Shown here piece by piece: positions 8,468 to 16,996 of a stretch of 40,000 nt of DNA. The notes under the pieces are model-generated. The model was not told the origin of the DNA. It did not search any database and saw only the letters and a program-made list of their open reading frames with translations. This stretch comes from an uncultured Chloroflexia bacterium (GTDB lineage: Bacteria > Chloroflexota > Anaerolineae > Anaerolineales > Villigracilaceae), in contig CAWGNR010000006.1 in the NCBI GenBank assembly GCA_963823985.1, forward strand, positions 88,618 through 128,617, read 5' to 3'. Numbering within the stretch: the first letter of the stretch is position 1; each line of letters opens with the position of its first letter. The position numbers and the translations under genes are program-made.

Positions 8468-9244
8468 CTAGAAGACACTATTCCAATCGATGATAGCATG
8501 TAAAAGTGCACCAGTAACTAGATTTTCTGATCGGAGCATAATATAGCCGAATAAAAGACTGATAGGAAGGAGAGCCAAAGAAGATATTAATGCCTCCATT
8601 CCAGCCATATCCATAATCGTTATTCTTTGAATGATGTGTCCAAGAGCCATAATGGTTGATGCTAATACCCAACCCCACGTTTTTCCCAGCCATAGCACAA
8701 GCCGTGTTTGCAAATAACCACGAAACCCAAATTCCTCGCTAACCCCAACGACTAGAAATGTCGCCAGTGCCCAGAATTTGCTAAGGGAGATGATAGAGTG
8801 TAGCTGTCTGATGTCAAGATGTTTTGTAACAATGTTGAAGAACAACATAAAGACTGACAGGATAATGCCCAGAAAGAGTGATTTTCCAAGGTTGCGTTTT
8901 GTTATTCCTGAACTAGACCAGGTTTCATGGCGCACTCTCATCATGATCAAGCATGGACCAAAAAACACTACCGTAACAATAAGTTGACGAATGACATTTG
9001 CAAAATGAAATTCTTGACGACTGCTGCCAGAGAATCCTGTCGCTTTAAAAAGCAGGAATAATCCTGAAATCGCTACCCAACCTACAAAGAGAGTTATCAA
9101 AGCACTGATGGAAGATTTCTTCACATCGGAAAATGGGTATTCTTCATAAGTAAATTTGAACGCTTTGGTAAAAAGGTGAACAAAGCTTCCCATTCCTATA
9201 AACATGACGATCAGGAGGGTGAATTCGATTAGGTCATTGTTCAC
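8468..9244 (-). CDS. CPBP-family (CAAX/Abi-type) intramembrane glutamic protease
   Basis: 258-aa multi-pass membrane ORF with VSEEFGFRGYL (EExxxR), ALGHII (FxxxH-like) and a distal HAIIDW. Confidence 0.8.
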   Translation of the reverse strand: MNNDLIEFTLLIVMFIGMGSFVHLFTKAFKFTYEEYPFSDVKKSSISALITLFVGWVAISGLFLLFKATGFSGSSRQEFHFANVIRQLIVTVVFFGPCLIMMRVRHETWSSSGITKRNLGKSLFLGIILSVFMLFFNIVTKHLDIRQLHSIISLSKFWALATFLVVGVSEEFGFRGYLQTRLVLWLGKTWGWVLASTIMALGHIIQRITIMDMAGMEALISSLALLPISLLFGYIMLRSENLVTGALLHAIIDWNSVF

Positions 9245-9296
9245 AGATGCTTTCCTGAGTATAGACCACCAAGTGACACCACTTTGGATATTGACG

Positions 9297-9419
9297 GGCT
9301 AACGGCTCGCATTACCGGCGGCGGTGAGAACCAACCGATTTAGCGGGAAAAGGTTTTCGTTCAGATTCCGCCAATTTGACGGAGCCAGTACCGCCGTCCG
9401 CGTGCATGCATTGTTAGAA
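9297..9419 (-). repeat. attC-like site, subfamily B (B2), intact
   Basis: GGCTAACGGCTCGCATTACCGGCGGCGGT...ACCGCCGTCCGCGTGCATGCATTGTTAGAA. Confidence 0.8.
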
Positions 9420-9427
9420 AGCACGCC

Positions 9428-9673
9428 TTAACGGAACCAGTTCGAAGAGTAGATAAAAGCTCGGGAGCAGACTCCAACACGGCGGGCAAGGCAATTTGGA
9501 AGTGAAGGTACCGGTACACGGCTAACGCTCTCAACAAACTTGTTCAGGATACCTAGAGAGCGACCCCTTTGAGAAGCAAGACAACATAATTTTTTTAACA
9601 TAACTGATACGCACTGCAATTTAGCAAAGACCACCATCGGCACCGCTGGCAAGAAAAGGGGAGACAACATCAT
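9428..9673 (-). CDS. doubtful small ORF in a ~290-bp cassette
   Basis: 81-aa track ORF with an odd composition. Its last ~20 codons are homologous to a decayed stretch in the next cassette (9842-9905). Confidence 0.2.
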   Translation of the reverse strand: MMLSPLFLPAVPMVVFAKLQCVSVMLKKLCCLASQRGRSLGILNKFVESVSRVPVPSLPNCLARRVGVCSRAFIYSSNWFR

Positions 9674-9710
9674 TTTGCCCGTGCCCCAATTCCAAGAAAA
9701 AAAGCGTGCT

Positions 9711-9833
9711 TTCTAACGGCCCGCATTACCGGCGGCGGTGAGAACCAACAGATTTAGCGGAAAAAGGTTTTCGCTCAGAATCGGTCATTTTAGCGGAGCC
9801 AGTACCGCCGTCCGCGTGCATGCATTGTTAGAA
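9711..9833 (-). repeat. attC-like site, subfamily B (B3), intact
   Basis: TTCTAACGGCCCGCATTACCGGCGGCGGT...ACCGCCGTCCGCGTGCATGCATTGTTAGAA. Confidence 0.8.
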
Positions 9834-10105
9834 CGCACCCTTTAACGGAACCAGGCTGGAGATGAGAAAAAGCTGGGGAGCGATGCTCGAAAGACGGCTT
9901 GCAAGATTCATTACCAAAAACACCTTATTGCCATTGTGACACGATAGCGGGCAAGATTCCATCACCTACCAGTACCCAAGATCAGATTCACCGACCTGCC
10001 GCTCATCTTGTTGCGGACAAAACCAGATGGCAAGCAAGGCCGGTGATACACGACAACGAGAATAAAGCCATTTGCTAGCCGCCTTTTTCTAAAACCCGGG
10101 TGCGG

Positions 10106-10234
10106 TTCTAACGGCTCGCGTTACCGGCGGCTGGAGGGACGAGACTCGCTCCCAAAACGGACAAAACTCAAAGCCACGAATAATGCCAATTTGACGGTAC
10201 GAATCCAGCCGTCCGCGTGCACGCCGTGTTAGGC
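10106..10234 (-). repeat. attC-like site, subfamily A (A4), intact
   Basis: TTCTAACGGCTCGCGTTACCGGCGGCTGG...CCAGCCGTCCGCGTGCACGCCGTGTTAGGC. Confidence 0.8.
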
Positions 10235-10246
10235 GCTGTTTTGCCA

Positions 10247-10942
10247 TTATTGTACCCATTCAAAGGTTGAAATAATACTATCTATATCATCTTGCATGTA
10301 AGGTAACATGTTGCTTGGCTCAGCATCGCCTCGATCAAAATAGTACATGGCGAGACCTGTGAAGAAATGGACGCAAAAATCAGTGCCAGAAACCATATAT
10401 TCGATAGCTTGCAATTCATCTTTATCAAGGTCGGGGGTATAAACTTTGGTGAAAGGGGTCTTCCCCAAAGTAACCTGCTCTACTTTGACTGGACGACCAG
10501 AAGAATTCGTAGGACCTGGATGACAGCTATAAGTACGATTCTCAATCGACACATTAAACCATGTCATAATTTGACCACCATCCGACAAATATTTGGATGG
10601 AAGTTGAGCCGATAGTAATCGGTCATCCGTTGGATTGAAGAATAAAATATCGAAATCGGATGGTAAGGTGATAGCAAACCCATATTGTTCATGGATGAGC
10701 TTTTTTCCATCTTGAGTATCAACAAAGGCAGCAGGAATTGATGTTGTTGTGTGTTCTGGCCTCGGTGTCTTGGTCAATGTAACAATTGGATCAATGGTTG
10801 TATTCGTTGACGTCGGCTTAATTACCTGGGCCGACGTAGGTGGTTCTATTGAGTGGGGCACAACGGTATTACAAGAAGTAAACGCTGTGACCATGAGTGA
10901 AAGCACTAATGCTGTGCTGATTATTTTCACGTTGTGTCTCAC
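10247..10942 (-). CDS. putative secreted lipoprotein, function unknown
   Basis: 231-aa ORF with an N-terminal signal MRHNVKIISTALVLSLMVTAFTSC (lipobox-like FTSC) followed by a Thr/Pro-rich linker. Confidence 0.65.
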   Translation of the reverse strand: MRHNVKIISTALVLSLMVTAFTSCNTVVPHSIEPPTSAQVIKPTSTNTTIDPIVTLTKTPRPEHTTTSIPAAFVDTQDGKKLIHEQYGFAITLPSDFDILFFNPTDDRLLSAQLPSKYLSDGGQIMTWFNVSIENRTYSCHPGPTNSSGRPVKVEQVTLGKTPFTKVYTPDLDKDELQAIEYMVSGTDFCVHFFTGLAMYYFDRGDAEPSNMLPYMQDDIDSIISTFEWVQ

Positions 10943-10966
10943 TTGATTTAATGGTTTTGAACGGCG

Positions 10967-11094
10967 GCCTAACGGCTCGCGTTACCGGCGGCTGGAGGGA
11001 CTGGATTCCTTTGCGAAATGGAAGAACTCAAAGCCAGAACCAACTTATTTTGACGGTACGAATTCCCGCCGTCCGCGTGCACGCCGTGTTAGGC
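10967..11094 (-). repeat. attC-like site, subfamily A (A5), central part diverged
   Basis: GCCTAACGGCTCGCGTTACCGGCGGCTGG...CCCGCCGTCCGCGTGCACGCCGTGTTAGGC. The stop codon of ORF 11089-11736 is the TAA inside GCCTAAC (minus sense). Confidence 0.8.
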
Positions 11095-11736
11095 TGCGTT
11101 TCTGTATCTCTCTGGACCATAGATAATCACACCTGATGTGCTGTCCTCCATTAATGTGTCAGAAGAAAACCGCATAAGCTGAATCACCATGATCAAATCG
11201 CCCGCTGCTCCGGACGCATTGAAGACAACAAAGAATAAAAGGAAAGGCACAAAGGCAGTTGGTACGACCATCATGAGTAGCAGGCCAACAGTGGTGAGTA
11301 ACACAAGAGGGGACAAGCCTACAACGAGGAATTGGTTTCGCGGAAAGTATACGCCGGACGGCGCGGCTGCATAAGGAAAGAGACCCTGAAATCCAAACTT
11401 CGGGCGGTGGTTTGAGAACAGCCAGTAAAACAAGCCGTGTACAAGTTCATGAAAGATAAGCACTGCAATCAGAGCGAGTCCTAGGTTTGGAAACAATGCT
11501 GGAGGAACAACGAGTGAAAATCCGGCGGGGATGGAACGTAGTAAATCGTGAAGTCGCATCCCATCAAGGGCATTTGGTCGAATTGCATTTGCGAATAGCA
11601 CGAGCAGCCAACCAACGATCAGGAGCAACATAATGCCCGTAATCACTGCAACAATCACAAATTTTAGATTCTTTGATGGTTCGAGAACAGTGTATTTGGA
11701 ATAATTGGAAGGAAGAGACTTATTTGCTTTCATCAA
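11089..11736 (-). CDS. membrane protein with HExxH motif (DUF3267-like putative zinc peptidase)
   Basis: 215-aa ORF with several TM helices and LIFHELVHGLFYW. The family name is from memory. Confidence 0.6.
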   Translation of the reverse strand: MMKANKSLPSNYSKYTVLEPSKNLKFVIVAVITGIMLLLIVGWLLVLFANAIRPNALDGMRLHDLLRSIPAGFSLVVPPALFPNLGLALIAVLIFHELVHGLFYWLFSNHRPKFGFQGLFPYAAAPSGVYFPRNQFLVVGLSPLVLLTTVGLLLMMVVPTAFVPFLLFFVVFNASGAAGDLIMVIQLMRFSSDTLMEDSTSGVIIYGPERYRNAA

Positions 11737-11885
11737 GGAATAATAAACCTAACACCATGACTGGACAAGAAGCCTAACGGTTTGCGTTAGTGGTTGGCGG
11801 GCGGGCTTGGATAATGCCTAAGAGCAGGGAAAACCCAAAGCCAGAAAAATGCTTGTAAATCGCGCAGAATCCGGCCAATCCACTG

Positions 11886-13819
11886 GTAGGGTCAGGGAAT
11901 GGCGCCTGGGCATAAGCCTGGTTTCCATTCCCTGCCACCTCGAACCGGACGTGAGGTTTTCCCTCACGCGAAGCGGAGCTCTCCGACAACCTTCTTCCTG
12001 CGGCTTTCAAGGTTAGACTGCACATATTCCGGGTAGGTAGAAGAATTCTAAACCCTGTTGACGTAGTAAGGCTCTAAAGGTAAGTTCATCCCAGTGTCCA
12101 CGCGATCCCAGTTTTGAGCGCAGCCATTGTTCCAGACGATAGCGGACATAGCGGTCAAGTTGCTGGAATTTCAGGGTACTGTTCCCAAGCCGGAAGTAAT
12201 TCCGCCAACCGCGAATGATCCGATTGAGAAACTTTATTACTTCAGATAAGGGATTACTCAACCGCATTCTTTCAGTGATAAGGTGGATTTTACTGCGAAT
12301 GGCTTTCATGGCTTTAGGAGCGGGCCAAATGTAGGGCAGGAGCTTACCACTCTTTCTTGCTTTCTTCTTGTGGAAGTGAAAGCCGAGAAAATCGAAACCA
12401 TCTCGACCCATGTCCACAATTCGGGTTTTCGTGGGATGAAGTGTGAGTTTCAAAATATACATGATTTGCTTGACCTTTTGCAGGGCAGTTTCAGCCTCCC
12501 GTTTTGACCGACAGATGATGACGAAATCATCCGCATATCGAAACAGTTTGCCGAGAGAAGAATATCGTTCTGCCCAATACATATCCAGTACATGCAGGTA
12601 AATGTTAGCTAACAGGGGGCTGATAACACCGCCTTGAGGAGAACCTATTTGGGTAACGTTCTGTACACCATCTTCCATGACACCCGCTTTCAGCCATAGA
12701 CAAATGAGTTTCAGTACTCGCCGGTCACTAATCCGCCTCTTGAGCAGAGACAGGAGCATTGAATGGTCTATTGTGTCGAAGTAACTCTGTATATCGGCAT
12801 CAACCACCCACCAGCCAGCGATGAGAGACTTTTTCACTTCGGATACGGCCTGTTGTGCGCTCCGTTTGGGACGGAACCCATAGGAATTTTCTCGGAAGTT
12901 GGCTTCAAAGATCGGTTCGATCACAAGCTTACATGCCTGTTGCACCACGCGGTCACAAACCGCGGGAATTCCCAGCGGCCTTTGTTTGCCATCAGGCTTC
13001 GGGATGAAGACCCGTAACACTGGCTTCGGGCGATATGTACCTGCTTTCAGGTCTTGCGCAATCAGATAAAGAAACTGTTCTACTCCCTCCCGTTCCACAT
13101 CTTCGATGGAGACACCATCTACTCCGGCGCTGCCACCGTTCCTGCGGACTTCTTCCCAAGCCTGGCTCAGAATGTCAGGCCGGAATATGCGGTCATAGAG
13201 TGCATGGAACCGACGGTTCCTGTTCCTCTTGGCCGTCAGGTATAGTTTGCGCTGGAGTTCTCGTGATTTGTCTTGTGGTGGAATTGGCCTTGCGGCATGC
13301 ACCGTCACTTACTTCCTCGCTGAACCTGGTTGAAGTAGAGACCCTTTCCTCCTGACGAGTTCTGTTGTCTCGTCAATCAACGGTACTATGGTCTCCTCCG
13401 ACTTCTCATCTGGCTAAAATCTTAGGATTTCACCTTGCGGCTTATACCTGCGGTTACACTGTTTCTGTATCAGCGACCAGATGAGACCTCTCCTGTTCCA
13501 TCGCCTGCTTTCACAACATCCCATACTCCCTACACCGGAGAGTTCTTGACGGCTGCTTTTCAGGGTCTTCGCCGCTTCTGTTGCCTTCGCCATGCGTGAC
13601 AGGCTCGGCTCTCTCTTGCTCCCCTTGCGGGGCTAACATGTCGGTGCTGCAAGTTTCACTTTATGTTACGGACTGCTGTTTTGCTTCCCTTTCTCAAGGA
13701 GTTACAACGCTTCGGCACATCCGGTCACCCCGATGCACCGGTTGCCTGCTACCTGACGGCCTGACCCTTATCAGGACTGGACTTTCACCAGCTAGCAGAC
13801 GATGACTTTCAGGACACAC
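11886..13819 (-). mobile_element. group II intron (ORF-containing, no endonuclease domain evident)
   Basis: On the minus strand the 5' end reads GTGTGTCCTGAAAGTC. A domain V-like hairpin CGCGTGAGGGAAAACCTCACGTCCG is followed by a domain VI-like hairpin ending ...CCCTAC. The RT/maturase ORF lies inside. Ends are +/- a few nt. Confidence 0.75.
12013..13308 (-). CDS. group II intron reverse transcriptase/maturase
   Basis: 431-aa ORF with NGGSAGVDGVSIEDV, RPLGIP, SYGFRP, QGGVISPLLANIYL and FRYADDFVIICRS (YADD), plus a C-terminal maturase-like region. No HNH tail is evident. Confidence 0.9.
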   Translation of the reverse strand: MTVHAARPIPPQDKSRELQRKLYLTAKRNRNRRFHALYDRIFRPDILSQAWEEVRRNGGSAGVDGVSIEDVEREGVEQFLYLIAQDLKAGTYRPKPVLRVFIPKPDGKQRPLGIPAVCDRVVQQACKLVIEPIFEANFRENSYGFRPKRSAQQAVSEVKKSLIAGWWVVDADIQSYFDTIDHSMLLSLLKRRISDRRVLKLICLWLKAGVMEDGVQNVTQIGSPQGGVISPLLANIYLHVLDMYWAERYSSLGKLFRYADDFVIICRSKREAETALQKVKQIMYILKLTLHPTKTRIVDMGRDGFDFLGFHFHKKKARKSGKLLPYIWPAPKAMKAIRSKIHLITERMRLSNPLSEVIKFLNRIIRGWRNYFRLGNSTLKFQQLDRYVRYRLEQWLRSKLGSRGHWDELTFRALLRQQGLEFFYLPGICAV

Positions 13820-14425
13820 CACGCTTTGTTCGGCGGCTCTTATTACTGAAAGATTACATTGATAATGCAACCATCAAAAAAGCCAGACGTGCGAACGCAT
13901 TGGCAAGCACATGCAAACTGATACTTAAGCGAATGTCGCGCTTCCACATAACGATATAGCCCAACGCAGTTCCCAATAAAAACACGGTGAGAAAACCAAA
14001 TAGTTGCCAACTATGATAAAGTCCAAAAAATAAGCCACCAACAAGCGGAGTCCAAGCCCCATAGCGTGAAATACGAGGTAGAAGGTAGCCCCTAAAATAT
14101 AATTCTTCAATCCAAGGTAGAACGATTCCCGTTACGACAAGTTGAAATGCGAAGGTAATAACCAAGATATTCTTTGTATAGGCAAGATATTGAGATTGTT
14201 CTTCAAGAAACATCCATTTGGGCAATCCAGAAAAAAGTCGTTCTGTCAAAAAGGCATTGATAGGAGTTATTAGTGTTATTAGCAAGAAAACGATAATAAA
14301 TGCGCCGATAAAAACGAGAGCAAACACGCTCCAAGGCACTTTCTCTCGATAAAGTACAATGCCATTCAGGCTCAATCGCCCATTCAATTTTTTGCCTTCA
14401 TAAAACATAATTCCCAATAAAACTG

Positions 14426-15952
14426 TCTTGGTCAGTATCATTTTGCACATTAACAACATAGTTACATGAGCCAGATTTGCTTGGCGAATTCGTTAGGGGA
14501 CAAGCCTGGAATAGCCAGGCCTTGGTGTGGGCGGTTGTTATACTCTGGCTGGAATTGAAGCAACCAGAGTTGCAAAGCCTTTACGTCATTCCAGGATTTG
14601 TTGCGCAACCAATCTTTGAGCGTGAGCACAAAGCGCTCGGCAATCCCATTACTTTGTGGGCGATGGCGATAGATCGGGACGTGAACGAAATCGGTTTCCA
14701 ACGCCAGATCGGCTAAGGCTTTGGAGCGGAAATGGGTTCCCTGGTCACTGATGAGGAACGCCAATTCTTTTGGTAGGACTGCGCATAAAGCCATCGCCAC
14801 CTCATCGCTGGTGACTTTTGAACCGGTACGGAAGATGGGCAGTCCCAAGCACTGTCGCGTACAGTTGTCTGTGATCACCAGGATGGCAATCCAGGAACGA
14901 GATGGAGAGATGACCGTCCGAGGAACCAGTCTGGATTTCTCGATTGGCTTGATGCCAGGCTTGGTTTTCCAGCTGGCGCTGCTGGAGGGTGGCTTGACGC
15001 GTTTGGCGAACGGTTTTCCAAGCCTGGCGGGCCAACTGATATGTCGCTCGCCGCTCTTTGCGTTCTGCACGGGTCATGGCTTGATAAGCCTGACGCGTGT
15101 GACGCCAGGCGGTTCTTCGCAGCTTTCCAAGAGATATCTTCCTGTTTGCGTTGTTCTCGGACATGATAACGCTCGGTTCGTTCTTCCCATTCTTTGCGCC
15201 AACGGGTCGCTTCCTGGGATACCGGAATGCGTTCAGACTTGCGCCGAACCAGGCGGTCTCGTGTGGCCTGTGCATATTGGTGCATCGCTTCGGCATAATC
15301 CAGATCTGCTTCAGCGAATACTTGACCCGGCCAATGCGCCTCTTCGCCAGGAGGGTGAGAACGTTCGACGATCAGGTGTCCGGAAGAACCACTGACAGCA
15401 GGAAGCTTTTCTTGCGCCATATGTTCCTCTGGAACAAAGCACAGATCAATATTGACTGCTTGACCCGACTGTTCGGCCGTTCGCACTATCACTTCACGGT
15501 TTCTTTTTTCCTCACACCGCGTTCCGGCCACAGTTCTGCATCACGCAGAATGCGTTTCACCGTGTTGGGGCTGAGCAAGGGCACCCAGTTGTTGGCTTTC
15601 GCTATCTCCTGGGCAATGCGTGCTTTACCCCAGTCAGGATGCTCTCGCCGCATATCCGTCACCCGTTGCGCAATCTCTGCACTTTTGTAGTTCAGTTTAT
15701 GCGCAACCCGGCTGGCAAATTCTTCCAATCCGGCATACCCGTACTCATCAAAGCGTGGTTTCCAGTAGTAGAACGTTCTTCGGCTTAAGCGAGCTTTCTG
15801 GCAAGCCTGAGTAATGCTGCCGGTTGCTTCCCACGTTTCAAATAACAGCTTCCGCTGCTGAGACGTGGAAAAACCATAATATGTCCGTTTTGGGCTCATG
15901 TCACTATGTTACCCGATTATCGGGCTTGTGTAAGATGCTCTTGACTAAAACA
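14426..15952 (-). mobile_element. rve-superfamily (IS481-like / possibly IS1202-group) insertion sequence with 17-bp target duplication
   Basis: Flanked by a perfect direct repeat AATTCCCAATAAAACTG (14409-14425 and 15953-15969). It has imperfect terminal inverted repeats, with inner blocks AACATAGTTACATGAGC at 14453-14469 and GCTCATGTCACTATGTT at 15895-15911. Transposase pieces lie inside. Confidence 0.7.
14462..15899 (-). pseudogene. DDE (rve) transposase split over three or more frames
   Basis: ORF 15489-15899 is an IS481-like HTH N-terminus (ARLSRRTFYYWKPRFDEYGYAGL, HPDWGKARIAQEI). The 14875-15531 frame carries AVNIDLCFVP. ORF 14462-15070 carries VITDNCTRQ...SDQGTHF...PQSNGIAERF. The frames overlap, so at least two frameshifts are present. 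Confidence 0.65.
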
Positions 15953-16210
15953 AATTCCCAATAAAACTGGTAAGTCTATGAAAAGAATTGCCAGAAGAAA
16001 TGCAAACAACGGCGGATAACCAACTGAGTTGAGTATTGACTTTAGCGCAATAAATGCTACCGTTGCGAGTGCGCCAGGCATTATGTGTAGAAGAAATGAT
16101 TGTAAGAGCGTGTGCTGAGATGCCGTAGAGGAACTTTCGTATTTATTCATTAACAATTCCCTTCAGCCTAACCGAGTTGTTCTTGATTTTACCTTGTTGT
16201 GCCGAGTGCC

Positions 16211-16339
16211 GCCGAACGGCCCGCGTTACCGGCGGCTGGAGGGACGAGACTCGCCCACGAAACGGACAAAATCCAAAGCTACGAAAAAGCCTGATTTGAC
16301 GGTGAGAATCCAGCCGTCCGCGTGCACGCCGTGTTAGGC
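16211..16339 (-). repeat. attC-like site, subfamily A (A7), intact
   Basis: GCCGAACGGCCCGCGTTACCGGCGGCTGG...CCAGCCGTCCGCGTGCACGCCGTGTTAGGC. Confidence 0.8.
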
Positions 16340-16364
16340 GTTTTTAAGATGCATAAACTCCTCC

Positions 16365-16901
16365 CTAAGCGTCAACATAGCGAAGGATTTCTTCCACGAC
16401 GCTGACAAGTGGCTGTATTGCATCTATGACAATTCCGTTGCTGGGTATGTCTTCTTTCGTTCGATGCAATCGCGTAACGAGTTCCTTTTCTTCTGGTTTT
16501 CCGCCCCAGTCAGTCGGATCTCGCGCCACGCGCTCATCAAGCCGCCGATACAATGTGTCAAGGTCGTTGACCTCAAGAACAAAAACGCCATCCAATAAAT
16601 CTATGAATTTTGAAAAATTCCTCGAACCACCACAAAAGAAAGAGATTGCTTGGCTGTGATCAGCGATCACGGATTTAACTTTGTCTATATCCCAAAGATG
16701 ATGTTCCTGTTGCCATACGGCTTTGTCCCTCTCGCTCTTATGGACAGGTTCATTTACCGGTTCTCCTGTCTTTGGGTCGCCCCGATATTTCAACTCTCGG
16801 TCACCGTGGATGACGTGATAACCGCGTCGCTGCAATTCTTCAGCCACCGCGGTTTTGCCCGTGCCAGAGACTCCCTCGATAAGATAATTTCTCTTACCCA
16901 T
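16365..16901 (-). CDS. P-loop NTPase, nucleoside/nucleotide kinase-like
   Basis: 178-aa ORF with a Walker A motif GVSGTGKT near the N-terminus, of small kinase-like size. Confidence 0.65.
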   Translation of the reverse strand: MGKRNYLIEGVSGTGKTAVAEELQRRGYHVIHGDRELKYRGDPKTGEPVNEPVHKSERDKAVWQQEHHLWDIDKVKSVIADHSQAISFFCGGSRNFSKFIDLLDGVFVLEVNDLDTLYRRLDERVARDPTDWGGKPEEKELVTRLHRTKEDIPSNGIVIDAIQPLVSVVEEILRYVDA

Positions 16902-16996
16902 TGTCTCTTAACTTTTTGGTTGACGTACAAATCTTGCCTTTCGATAGATTTCGCTAACAGAGGGTAAGGGAGAGGGGCGACCTCTCCCTCCCCGTT

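Larger units (their letters stand above)
11772..13834 (-). repeat. attC-like site, diverged subfamily A (A6), split by a group II intron
   Basis: Part 11772-11885 (GCCTAACGGTTTGCGTTAG...AAACCCAAAGCCAG...GAATCCGGCCAATCCACTG) plus part 13820-13834 (CACGCTTTGTTCGGC) aligns with ...GAATCCAGCCGTCCGCGTG|CACGCCGTGTTAGGC of the consensus. Confidence 0.6.
13854..16156 (-). pseudogene. CPBP-family intramembrane protease gene interrupted by an IS
   Basis: The N-terminal piece is 15970-16156 (...GYPPLFAFLLAILFIDLPVLLGI). The C-terminal piece is 13854-14425 (LLGIMFYEGKKLNG...WIEELYFRGYLL...FFGLYH...HVLAN). Removing 14426-15952 plus one copy of the 17-bp repeat restores a 759-nt in-frame ORF. Confidence 0.8.

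Noticed and set aside
11774-12025. 83-aa ORF.
   Set aside because: It overlaps attC A6 and the domain V/VI region of the group II intron, so it is structured RNA/DNA rather than coding sequence.
14721-15690. Plus-strand ORFs of 224 aa and 179 aa inside the rve-type IS.
   Set aside because: They are antisense to recognisable transposase motifs (HTH, NIDL, TDN, NGIAERF) and show no motifs of their own.
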